Below are positions 25,817 through 35,186 of a stretch of DNA of 64,000 nt, in pieces. Position 1 is the first letter of the stretch. Every line of letters starts with the position of its first letter. Both the position numbers and the translations under genes were made by a program. Under the pieces are notes generated by a model, which was not told the DNA's origin, ran no database searches, and saw nothing but the letters and a program-made list of their open reading frames with translations. Source of the stretch: an uncultured Phycisphaerales bacterium (GTDB taxonomy: Bacteria; Planctomycetota; Phycisphaerae; Tepidisphaerales; Tepidisphaeraceae); assembly GCA_963758525.1 (NCBI GenBank), contig CAVWVQ010000003.1:1376001-1440000 (forward strand), read 5' to 3'.

Positions 25817-27256
25817 TCACCATGCCTTAACGTAGCGGTCCATATCGAATTTCCGGTCCAATCCCGCGGAGTTCATATAGCGGACCGTGCCAAAGATCTT
25901 TCGCTCTCCCCACGGACGATCGTGCAGGCCGTAAATCCACCCGACGTTCGCATAGGCGTTTGGATCGCGACCGCACAGGAAGTATTTGTTGTTTAGATAA
26001 AGCGTCTGGTCGAATGCCTCCCGCGGCGTGCGCTTCCATTCAAGGATCTTCTTTCCCCAGTACATCCGCATGTAGTTGTGCATGTAACCAGTGCCGGTCA
26101 TCTCCCGCTGGGCCGCGTTCCAATACGGATCGTGGGTTTGCGCGGCCTCCAGTTCGGCGAGCGTGTAGACTGTGGCTCGCGGATCGCCCTCATGCTTCGC
26201 CAGCGTCTGCTTCGCCCATGCCGGCAGCGCATCGTAGCTGTCATAATCGTGCTTGAACTGAACGTAATTGAATGCCAGCTCCCGGCGCACGATCAATTCC
26301 TCCAGCAGCGAATCCCGATCCGCGGCTGGCGCGGATTCGGCTTTCATCGCCGCCAGGGCAATCTGCAGGGGCGAAATCTGGCCGAAATGGAGATACGCGC
26401 TCAGATGAGACGTCGCGTCCTCGGCGGGTTCATTCCGCTTTTCCGCATAGCCGGAAAGACGCCGCCGGATAAATTGCGCGAGCAACTTCCCGGCCGCCTC
26501 TTCGCCTCCCATGAATCGATTCGACGGGGCAACGCTTCGATCAAGTTTCAATTGCGCCAGCGCCGCGGGAACATCCGCCAGATCGATATTCGAGATGAGA
26601 TCGGCTCCTCGCTTGCGATCTTTCCCGCGCCGTTTGTTATTAGAAATATTTGAGATTTCAGATTTGAGATGTGAGATTTCAGATTCGAGACCGTCGCCCA
26701 TCGCGCGCTGCTTCACCTTGAGCGCGACCAACGGCACGAGATATTGGTCCCAGATTCGGTGAATTTTCGGTCGAATCGTCCTGGCCGCGAACTCCGCTTT
26801 GTCTGACACTTCTTCGACAGGACAAACCACGTCACTTTCGACCTGCACGACCCGGCAGGGAGATTTGTCGGCGACATGATCGCGCCATCGTTTTTGATGC
26901 CGCAGATAACCTCGATCGCAGACGAGCATTGCCGCGTTTTTCGCGCAACCGATCGCGACGTCTGCCGGGCTCCCGTGTTGAATCACGAATCGAATTCCCC
27001 GTTTCGACAGATTTCGCGCCACGTCGGCCAGTCCCTGGAGCATGAACGCATAGTGGCGTTCGTTTGCCTCGGGGTAATCGTCCATCAGCCCAAAGCAAAC
27101 GACCACCGGCAGGTTCAGTTCGTTCGCCTGTTCGATCGCGTATTCCAGCGCGTGATTGAAGCGCGTGCGCTGCGACGCCTGCATCCAGTAGAGGACGAAA
27201 TCACCCGCGGCGGATGGAGCGTCCTTCAGCAGGTGAACGCGTGTCGATTGGATCAT
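25817..27256 (-). CDS. phrB: Class II CPD photolyase
   Basis: VLYWMQASQR, SHLSAYLHFGQIS, THDPYWNAAQ, GYMHNYMRMYWGKKILEW, HDRPW, FGTVRYM. Confidence 0.93.
   Translation of the reverse strand: MIQSTRVHLLKDAPSAAGDFVLYWMQASQRTRFNHALEYAIEQANELNLPVVVCFGLMDDYPEANERHYAFMLQGLADVARNLSKRGIRFVIQHGSPADVAIGCAKNAAMLVCDRGYLRHQKRWRDHVADKSPCRVVQVESDVVCPVEEVSDKAEFAARTIRPKIHRIWDQYLVPLVALKVKQRAMGDGLESEISHLKSEISNISNNKRRGKDRKRGADLISNIDLADVPAALAQLKLDRSVAPSNRFMGGEEAAGKLLAQFIRRRLSGYAEKRNEPAEDATSHLSAYLHFGQISPLQIALAAMKAESAPAADRDSLLEELIVRRELAFNYVQFKHDYDSYDALPAWAKQTLAKHEGDPRATVYTLAELEAAQTHDPYWNAAQREMTGTGYMHNYMRMYWGKKILEWKRTPREAFDQTLYLNNKYFLCGRDPNAYANVGWIYGLHDRPWGERKIFGTVRYMNSAGLDRKFDMDRYVKAW
26648..26689. repeat. Six tandem heptamers (ATTTSAG-like) in frame within phrB
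   Basis: atttgag atttcag atttgag atgtgag atttcag attcgag, 42 nt. Confidence 0.8.
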
Positions 27257-27263
27257 CGGGCTG

Positions 27264-27316
27264 CTATATGACCTTGCGCGATTATGCGCTCCCAAAAACC
27301 GTTTAGCGGCTGCTCT
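27264..27316 (-). repeat. 53-bp element, right copy of an inverted pair
   Basis: See 20585-20637. Confidence 0.85.
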
Positions 27317-27323
27317 AACACAA

Positions 27324-29549
27324 TCATTGCATTCGGTTTCTGACTGTCTCGGGTTTCACCACCGGCACTTCGACGCCGCCGTTCTGCATGGCGTCGAGCA
27401 CCTGCTTGGTCATCTTCTCGGACAGGTCTTTCATTGCCGCTGTCTGACCGTTGCCCTCGAACTTGAACCCGGACTTCTCGGCGACGAGCAGTCCGATCAA
27501 CGTCCCGAACAATCCCTGCCCGGGCCCCGCCGAGCCCGCCGTGTCCCCGCCGCCCGAGACAAACATATGCTCCGGCACCAGCGGCTGATTGCTCTTGGCC
27601 AGGTGCTCGGCCACCAGCGCTAATGCATACAGACGAGGATCGCCATACGACTGAATCTTCTGCATCAGCACCGACGCTTCCGACAAGCCGATCTGCAGCG
27701 TTCGCTGGCTCTCGCCTTTTCCGGCCAGCACCCGCTGACGACTTTCCGCCTCCGCGGTCACAACCGTCTGCTCCGCCTGACGCCGGGCGCGCTCCAGCTC
27801 CGCGTCGGCAACCACCACCGTCTGCTGCGCCTGCTTGCGCGAGCGCGACAGATCGGCGTCGCCCTGGTTCTCGGCGATGCGAATCTGCACCTGCGAATTA
27901 GTCAATTCCGTCTGCTTCTGCGCAAGAGCCTGCGCTTCATTGAGCGTCCGCAGTTTTTCCGACGCCGTCTTCTGCCGATCGAACGTCTCAAGCTGCTCGA
28001 TCGAGAGCTGGCGGATGCGAAGCTGTTCGAGCAGCGTTTCGATCTTCCCTCCCGCCTCGGCGGTGTCCGGCTTGCCGATCAGCACGTCGACACACTCGAT
28101 ATCAAACTCGCTGAATCGCCGCTGCAATTCCGCGCGCGATTCCACCTGGATGACATCGCGCTGCTGCAGCAACTCGAGCATTGTTTTCTTATGAGCGACG
28201 TCGCGGAAATACGCGCTGAGCATGGGATCCAGCGTCTGCGTGATCAGCTTCTTCACGTCGCCAAAGCGCTGAATCACGCTCGGCGCTTTCATGTAGTCAA
28301 TGTGCACGACCACGCTCAGCGGAAGCAACGGCTCATACGCGTCCTTCGTGACAAGGTCGATGCTCCTGAGACTGTCGTCGTAATGATGCGCTTCGGTCTT
28401 GCCGGTGATCCAGTGCAGCACGAAGTTAGTCGTCGGCACCAGAATCATCTGGCCGGCATAGGTATTGAAGGGGTACTTGCCGGGACCGAATGGCTTGTCC
28501 CAGACGCCGCGCTCGCCGCGCGCCACGCGCTCGCCATGGCGGAAGCTGTCGCCCGAAACGTCTTTGCCCATCGGCCCGTAGTAGCTGACGACCACGCCGA
28601 CGTAGCCGATCGGCACGACCATCTTCGGATTGATCTCGACAGTGGCGAACCAGCGGTTGATGAAATAGGTGCCATCAACCAGCGGAACGTATTGCCGCCC
28701 GCGCCGTCCGCCGGCACGGAGAAATGCCTCGGGGTCCTGGAAGTTGTTGTGGTAGTTGGCGTCGGTCGTGTCGTTCCCGACCGAGGGCGCGATGATCTCG
28801 CCGGGACTGAGCGACGGGCCGTCCTGAATCGTGACGATGCCGATGCTGTCCACGATCATGCTGCGGCCGGGAATGAGCGGGTCGGTGGTTTCGACAGGGC
28901 CGCCGATAACGACCGGGCTGAACCCGTCGATCTGCTTCAGCTCTTTCTGCCAGTCGAGCAGCTTTTCCAATTCGGCGCGTCCCTGAATGTTGAGGTGATA
29001 GACGGTGTCCTCCGTGATGACCACGAAGCATGCCAGGTTGATCGCGTAAACGCCTTCGCGCAGGATCGAGCGCTGCCGGCCGCGCTGCCCGCGCAGCATG
29101 CCGTCGCCCGTCGCGGCTTCTCCCAGAAACATCGCCGTGTCCTGAAAGTTGTTGCACGCCACCACCCGCGCGAGCGTGTGGCTCGGCTCCAGCGGCTGGC
29201 CGTCGCGCGCGTACACGTAGCCGACCTTCCCCTGCGGAATCGTCACCAGCGGCAGCTTATGAATGCGATACTGCCAGCGAAAGTAAAACGAATGGATGCC
29301 ACCGCGCAGGATCATCGCCTGGTATCCCGCTTCGCCATTGAAAGCGATGAAATGCCCCTCCGCGATCGATCCGCCAGCAGACCAGAGCTTCTCAACGATC
29401 CCGACGCGATCGTTGGGGATGTAGCGAACTCCCAACAGCGTTGGAATCGCGAGCAATCCCAGCAGAACCAGGAAGGTCAGTCCCGCCCAGCCGACGGCAT
29501 TGGGGGAAACCTGCGACAGCAGATCAGCGAGCAGTGAACCGGTGTTCAT
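27324..29549 (-). CDS. SPFH/flotillin-like protein
   Basis: N-terminal TM, VGIVEKLWS, band-7-like VIQRFG...LITQTLDPMLSAYFRD, AE-rich coiled coil. Confidence 0.85.
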   Translation of the reverse strand: MNTGSLLADLLSQVSPNAVGWAGLTFLVLLGLLAIPTLLGVRYIPNDRVGIVEKLWSAGGSIAEGHFIAFNGEAGYQAMILRGGIHSFYFRWQYRIHKLPLVTIPQGKVGYVYARDGQPLEPSHTLARVVACNNFQDTAMFLGEAATGDGMLRGQRGRQRSILREGVYAINLACFVVITEDTVYHLNIQGRAELEKLLDWQKELKQIDGFSPVVIGGPVETTDPLIPGRSMIVDSIGIVTIQDGPSLSPGEIIAPSVGNDTTDANYHNNFQDPEAFLRAGGRRGRQYVPLVDGTYFINRWFATVEINPKMVVPIGYVGVVVSYYGPMGKDVSGDSFRHGERVARGERGVWDKPFGPGKYPFNTYAGQMILVPTTNFVLHWITGKTEAHHYDDSLRSIDLVTKDAYEPLLPLSVVVHIDYMKAPSVIQRFGDVKKLITQTLDPMLSAYFRDVAHKKTMLELLQQRDVIQVESRAELQRRFSEFDIECVDVLIGKPDTAEAGGKIETLLEQLRIRQLSIEQLETFDRQKTASEKLRTLNEAQALAQKQTELTNSQVQIRIAENQGDADLSRSRKQAQQTVVVADAELERARRQAEQTVVTAEAESRQRVLAGKGESQRTLQIGLSEASVLMQKIQSYGDPRLYALALVAEHLAKSNQPLVPEHMFVSGGGDTAGSAGPGQGLFGTLIGLLVAEKSGFKFEGNGQTAAMKDLSEKMTKQVLDAMQNGGVEVPVVKPETVRNRMQ

Positions 29550-29821
29550 AATAACCGTCCCCGGCGATCGCCGGATTGAATGAGTCGATCAAGAGGAGGT
29601 TATCATACCTCGCTTGAGGTGCGGCGCATCGGTATACGCGCACCGACCCCAACCGCTAAGTATCGGCAGAATCGACTATTGGAATTCGTTACGAAAATGG
29701 AGGCGGATTCTAGACGGATGAACGAGTGAATGCTCCTCGGCGACAAGCTCACGGCGCTTTCTTCAGAGCGAATTTCTGTTCTCCAGGAACGAGCGGATAT
29801 TCAAGTTCCCGCAACGGCGGA

Positions 29822-30427
29822 CAGATCGGGTTCTTGCCAGTCCAAGCCGGGGAAGGCGCAAAGTCACGATTAAAGGTCATCCAGGTGCAGCCGCTCTCAG
29901 TCGCAAGGGCGGCAAGCTAGGCATCGGCGACGAGCTTGCCGGCGACCCGGCCGTCGCGGCAAAGACGGACAAACTCGCCAAAATGCTTCGCGCCGGGGAG
30001 GATCCGCACACAGTTCGGCAAGTTCCAGATGCGCTCGGCTTCCGCCAGCGCCGAGGCAAGCGGCGTCGGCACAGGAAATATCTTCCGATTGGTTACGATG
30101 CGAACGAAGCCCGACAAAACCAGTTCTGACATTCCGGGCGTATCAACCAAGCTTGCCGAGGTCATGCGCCGGTCACAGGATCGCGAAATTGTTCGTCCTG
30201 AGCATCTTGAACACTCGCATTGCTGCTCAAACCAATTCCCGCCGCGGGTCCCCCTCCTTGAAACGTGATCATGCGATACCGAACCGCGGGTTTCTCTGTT
30301 TGCTCGACGCGCAACAGCATTTCGAGCAACGCATCATTCACGACGTCTGCGATCGCTTACCTTCAGCCGCCGCAAAGCGCTTCGCACGCTCCAGAAGCGG
30401 ATCGTGAATGTCCACAGTTGTTCGCAT
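29822..30427 (-). pseudogene. Degenerate vapBC toxin-antitoxin locus
   Basis: Antitoxin MRTTVDIHDPLLERAK is frameshifted; PIN toxin lacks its N-terminus and has an in-frame TAG (VADA*LAALA) and a later frameshift before FPGLDW. Confidence 0.75.
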
Positions 30428-30548
30428 TGGCGGTAACGTAACGACCTTGCAATCTTATCGTCAAAGTATGATGCAAAGATGCCGCGCCGCGAAATCGCGG
30501 CACAAATCCGTGCACCCTATCAGTTTTTCCCCATGCCGCATCAAAAGC

Positions 30549-31118
30549 TCAGATCAACCGTCCGCCGGCTGTGAGCGGCACCGGCTGCGGACCGGGCTTG
30601 TAGCTCGGCTCGACCGCCAGTTGCAACGGACGCCGGCGTCCTGCGGGGGGCAATCCATCCTCGTCGATGATCCGCTGAATCGCCATGATCCCCTCAATCA
30701 ACGTCTCGGGCCGCGGCGGGCACCCGGGCACATATACATCGACCGGCATAAACTGATCGATCCCCTGAATCGTCGAGTACGTGTCGAACACTCCGCCCGT
30801 GCTGGCGCACGCCCCCATGCTGATCACCCATTTCGGCTCGGTCATCTGCTGATAAATATGCTGCAGAACCGGCATCATTTTGATCGTGACGCGCCCGGCC
30901 ACGATCATCAGATCGCTCTGCCGCGGGCTGAAGCGCATCGCCTCGGCCCCAAACCGCGCCAGGTCGTAGCGAGACGACGCGGTTGCCATCAGTTCGATCC
31001 CGCAGCAAGCCGTCGCGAACGGCATCGGCCACAGAGAGCTGCGCCGCGACCAGTTCACCACCCGCTTGAGAACCGTCGTCAGCACGTTGTCGGGCAATTG
31101 TTGAGTATCGAGATTCAT
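30549..31118 (-). CDS. nuoB: NADH-quinone oxidoreductase subunit B, stand-alone
   Basis: [47 protein letters not shown]. Confidence 0.95.
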   Translation of the reverse strand: MNLDTQQLPDNVLTTVLKRVVNWSRRSSLWPMPFATACCGIELMATASSRYDLARFGAEAMRFSPRQSDLMIVAGRVTIKMMPVLQHIYQQMTEPKWVISMGACASTGGVFDTYSTIQGIDQFMPVDVYVPGCPPRPETLIEGIMAIQRIIDEDGLPPAGRRRPLQLAVEPSYKPGPQPVPLTAGGRLI

Positions 31119-31348
31119 GGCAACATCCTTAATTTCGCTATCGACATTGTAAGTGCATCGCCGCGACGAAGCCAGAAGACGGCGTGCCCAGATTTTTGGA
31201 AGACTGCTCGTGCGTCTGGTGCTATTTCCGGGGTAGCCGTCGAGCTTGCTGGCGGTCTTCGGAGAGCCCGTGGAATAACTCAATGGCCACCAGCCAACTG
31301 TGGCCACCAGCCAACAGTGAATCGCGCGTGGAATCTGCTATCATTTCA

Positions 31349-31576
31349 ATGATGATCGTCCTCAAGGCCCATTTTGATGGCAAGGTGCTCGTGCCTGATG
31401 AGCCGCGTGATCTGCCTGTCAATCAATTCGTGCGGATCGAGCTTGAGCCCATCGAGCCATCCAACATTGTCAGCAATGCCTGGGTGAACTACCGCGAGCT
31501 CACGCGGCGATTGGCCGATCTCTCGACGCCGGGCGCCGAATTGTTAACGGAATCGGTCAGTCGAGCGAGGCGGTGA
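31349..31576 (+). CDS. Antitoxin-like small protein
   Basis: LKAHFDGKVLVPDEPxDLP motif, followed by a PIN remnant. Confidence 0.65.
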   Translation: MMIVLKAHFDGKVLVPDEPRDLPVNQFVRIELEPIEPSNIVSNAWVNYRELTRRLADLSTPGAELLTESVSRARR

Positions 31577-31630
31577 ATGGTGCTCGTGCTCGACGCCAGC
31601 GTGTGGGTCCTTCATCTCACGAAAGCGTAG
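31577..31630 (+). pseudogene. PIN toxin N-terminal remnant
   Basis: MVLVLDASVWV then stop after 17 codons. Confidence 0.5.
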
Positions 31631-31945
31631 TAATCCTCAACGGTAAGCACGACGGTTCTGAGCGGTCCGCTGCGCCAACTCGGAATGCCCAACGGGCGGG
31701 AACGCTCGATACTTGCCGCCAGCGCCTTCTTTTCGGCGGTCGTCTGCGGCTGGTTCACCGGGTGAGAGACCAACGGATGGCAATCCGTTGGCTTTCTGGT
31801 TGTCTCTCGCTGGACAATCATGCGACCCGCTTCCGGCTCGCCGGCGGCGTCGCGGTGCGGCGGCCGTCAGCGTTAATTGCGTGGTTTTTGCCCTGAAGCC
31901 AACTTCAACATTACGGCGGAAGCCCCCTTTCTTTAGAATCTCCCC

Positions 31946-32929
31946 ATGCCCCGCCGCCAAGGCAATGTCCGCATTGGAATCTCCGGCTGGCGATACGTCC
32001 CGTGGCGCGGCACCTTCTACCCGAAAGATCTCTCCCAAAAGCGCGAACTGGAGTTCGCCAGCCGGCATCTTAGTTCGATCGAAATCAACGGCACCTTCTA
32101 TTCCCTTCAAAGCCCCGCAAGCTTCCGCCGCTGGCGCAACGAAACGCCGGAGGACTTTGTCTTCTCGGTGAAGGGCGGCCGCTATCTCACGCACATGCTC
32201 CGCCTGCGCAACCTCAAAGTGCCGCTGGCGAATTTCTTCGCTTCCGGCGTGCTGCTTCTGGAAGAAAAGCTCGGTCCGATCCTCTGGCAATTTCCGCCTA
32301 ATTTTTCCCTGGCGCTGGACCGCTTTGAAGAATTCTTCGCGCTGCTTCCTGCCGACACGAAATCCGCGGCGGCGCTCGCGGCAAAGCATCACGAAAAGCT
32401 GCGGCTTGGCACATGGACGAAAACCGCCGTAAACCGGCCTCTGCGCTACGCCGTCGAGATTCGTCACGAGAGCTGCGCGGATCCCGCGTTCATCGCGCTG
32501 CTGCGTAAGCACAATGTCGCGATGGTGGTCGCCGACACCGCGGGGAAATGGCCGCTGATCGAGGACCTCACCGCGGATTTTTCATACCTCCGCCTGCATG
32601 GCGACGAGGAACTGTACGCGAGCGGCTACTCCGACGGCGCGTTGGATCATTGGGCCGCGAGAATCCAGGCGTGGCGCAGCGGATCGCAGTTGAAGGACGC
32701 TCGACTTGTTGCTGCGGCTCCTCGCAAAACTCCCGCGGCGCACGACGTGTTTGTGTATTTCGACAACGACGTGAAAGTCCGTGCGCCCCACGATGCGATG
32801 AGTTTGGCCCGCAAACTCAAGCTGCCGGAGCGTCAGCCGTTCGCGACCAAGTGTCCCGTCGCCAGTTCGGACGAAACACCGCGCCGCGCTTGGCCGAGCG
32901 TTCAAAAGTCTCGCGTCGCGAAGAAATGA
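31946..32929 (+). CDS. DUF72 (YecE-like) protein
   Basis: RIGISGWRY, IEINGTFYS, LWQFPP, YLRLHG, YFDND. Confidence 0.9.
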   Translation: MPRRQGNVRIGISGWRYVPWRGTFYPKDLSQKRELEFASRHLSSIEINGTFYSLQSPASFRRWRNETPEDFVFSVKGGRYLTHMLRLRNLKVPLANFFASGVLLLEEKLGPILWQFPPNFSLALDRFEEFFALLPADTKSAAALAAKHHEKLRLGTWTKTAVNRPLRYAVEIRHESCADPAFIALLRKHNVAMVVADTAGKWPLIEDLTADFSYLRLHGDEELYASGYSDGALDHWAARIQAWRSGSQLKDARLVAAAPRKTPAAHDVFVYFDNDVKVRAPHDAMSLARKLKLPERQPFATKCPVASSDETPRRAWPSVQKSRVAKK

Positions 32930-33206
32930 CCGGGCGGTCAATCAATCGCATCGGGCCCCCGACGCGGCTCGATGGATAGCACTGCACTAGGGAATGGAGT
33001 GCCGCTCGCAGCTTCGCCATGTACGACCTCAAGCTGCGCCCCTTCAGTCAGGGTCTTGGAGATTCACGGAATGGAACGTCGTTCGTCCGATCATCGAGAT
33101 GTTACGAGGCGAAGGCGCAAGCGGCGAACACAACCGCGCGTACGGAGCTCGTGCCTTTTCATTTTCGTACTGCGCACCACCCTCCTTCGATTATCATCGG
33201 CGAACG

Positions 33207-34010
33207 ATGCCCCCACAACGATCGTCTTTTCGCATGCTTGCCGCCCTGTTTATTGCAAGCATCACCGCGTCGTGTGCCGCCCCTCCAGCTGCGCCTCCGT
33301 TGGACCCGGATCATCAGCTCCCTGGCTACGTGCTGGTCTGGAAAGATGAATTCAACAGTCCGCATCTCGACCCTGACGTCTGGGCCTACCGAACGGACAG
33401 CAAGCTGTGGAGCACGCAGGAGCCGGAAAACGTCAGCATCGAGAACGGCCATCTGCAGATCGCCGTTCGCAGGGAAGACGCCGCCGGCAAACACTACACC
33501 GGCGGCGGAATCATCAGCCGGCGGACCTTCCGCTACGGCTACTATGAAGCCAGACTCAAATGTCCCGCCGGCCGCGGCTGGCATACTTCGTTCTGGACCA
33601 TGCTCCAGGACGGCACCGGCGGCACCGCTCCCGACCATGCCGCCCAGGAGATCGACATCTGCGAGCAGGACTCGGTCGATCATTTCGGCTACTCCGCCGG
33701 CGTCATCGACTGGTCCGCCAAATCCAACAATCGCGACCGCGGCCGGGAGTATCACTCCGCTCCGGACCTCTCCGCCGACTTCCACACCTTCGGCTGCGAA
33801 TTCACGCCCACGGTGGTGCGCTTCTTCTTCGACGGCAAGCTGCTCAACAGCGTCGATGCGACGAAGTTCCCCCACAACGATCAGAACATCTGGCTCACCT
33901 GCATCGCCGCCCCCAACGGCGGCACCAAAGACGTTGACGACACCGCGCTTCCCGCCAACGCTCAATTTGATTGGGTGCGGTTCTTCCAAATACCGCCAGT
34001 GGTGAAGTGA
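33207..34010 (+). CDS. Glycoside hydrolase family 16 lipoprotein
   Basis: ITASC lipobox, LVWKDEF, YGYYEAR, catalytic EIDICE, DFHTFG. Confidence 0.85.
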   Translation: MPPQRSSFRMLAALFIASITASCAAPPAAPPLDPDHQLPGYVLVWKDEFNSPHLDPDVWAYRTDSKLWSTQEPENVSIENGHLQIAVRREDAAGKHYTGGGIISRRTFRYGYYEARLKCPAGRGWHTSFWTMLQDGTGGTAPDHAAQEIDICEQDSVDHFGYSAGVIDWSAKSNNRDRGREYHSAPDLSADFHTFGCEFTPTVVRFFFDGKLLNSVDATKFPHNDQNIWLTCIAAPNGGTKDVDDTALPANAQFDWVRFFQIPPVVK

Positions 34011-34278
34011 GGGGGCAACGGGTTCAGGCGTTCAGGCGTGCTTTTCCCGACGAACGTCGCTTGGGATGCGATGGAACACAATTGAACACAATTGGATTCG
34101 ATCAGCTTCGATTGGAACAGTTCACGCGCGCGACCCCTCGAGTTCAAGGTCATTGGTCATTGTCCCCTGAGATACCAGACAGCACCCCGGGCGTGGCCGC
34201 CGGTCTCAATCCGTCCGGATTTCTTTAGCCAGTTGACGAAAGGATAGTAGTCGCCCGGCGCTTGCCCCGCCGCTTCGC

Positions 34279-34830
34279 TCACAATCCCCCCATCCACCGG
34301 ATCACCGGGATCAAACCCATGCATCCGGCGATGACGACTGCCATCGCGACGGGTCCCGAGAACGGGAGGTTGGTGACGATGATCCCGCCGATGGCGCTGA
34401 TGAGAAACTGGAAACAACCCAGCAGTGCCGAAGCGTTGCCGGCGTCGGCGCCGTGCGGGGACATGGCCAGTACCGTCGTGTTGGGAAAGATGAATCCGAA
34501 GGTTCCGAGAAATACCAGGAGACACGCGAACGCGCTCCACAGGCCGCCCCAGCCGGTGAGGATCACGAGCAGAAACGCCGCGGCCGCGATGATGGAAACA
34601 GTCAACGCCCGGCGGAGCAGCGTGCGCGGATCGACGCGGTGGGAAAGATAGCCATTCAGTTGCGACATCATGATCAGGCCGAACGCGTTGGCGCCGAAGA
34701 AGAGGCCGAACCGCTGTGGCGGAATGTGATACGTCTGAATGAACAAGCCCGGCGAGCCGCCGACGTAGGCGAACAGCGCCGCGCACGCGAGGCTGACGGT
34801 CAGGGTGTGGACGATGAAGATGCGAGGATG
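34279..34830 (-). pseudogene. 5'-truncated Bcr/CflA MFS transporter (C-terminal half)
   Basis: FAYVGGSP, FGLFFGANA, AGNASALLG..QF; in-frame stop upstream and no N-terminal half. Confidence 0.7.
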
Positions 34831-35186
34831 CTAGGCGCGCCAGCGGCGAAACCTGATGGACTACAACCCGCCTGGCGCGATTCGCGGGTGCCACTCAACC
34901 ATTGATGCGAACCCAAGTTACGCTTGTTGAAATATCGGGCAATAGCGAACGTCAGACGCATGATAAATCGACCGTTGAGCGAAAGTGGCACGCTGATTAA
35001 AATGTCGTTCGACAGTTGGGCGGCCGTTGGGTGACAGCCGTGCATCACACTTCTGCAATGTTCGTGAACATGGTTTGCCAGCCACGCGCTGCCGCAAGGC
35101 CCTCTGGCGCTTCGCGCCCAAGCGAACGATGCGCAACCGGGCGATGGAAACGAAAAAGCAACAACAACTCTTGAGGGAGACGAACC

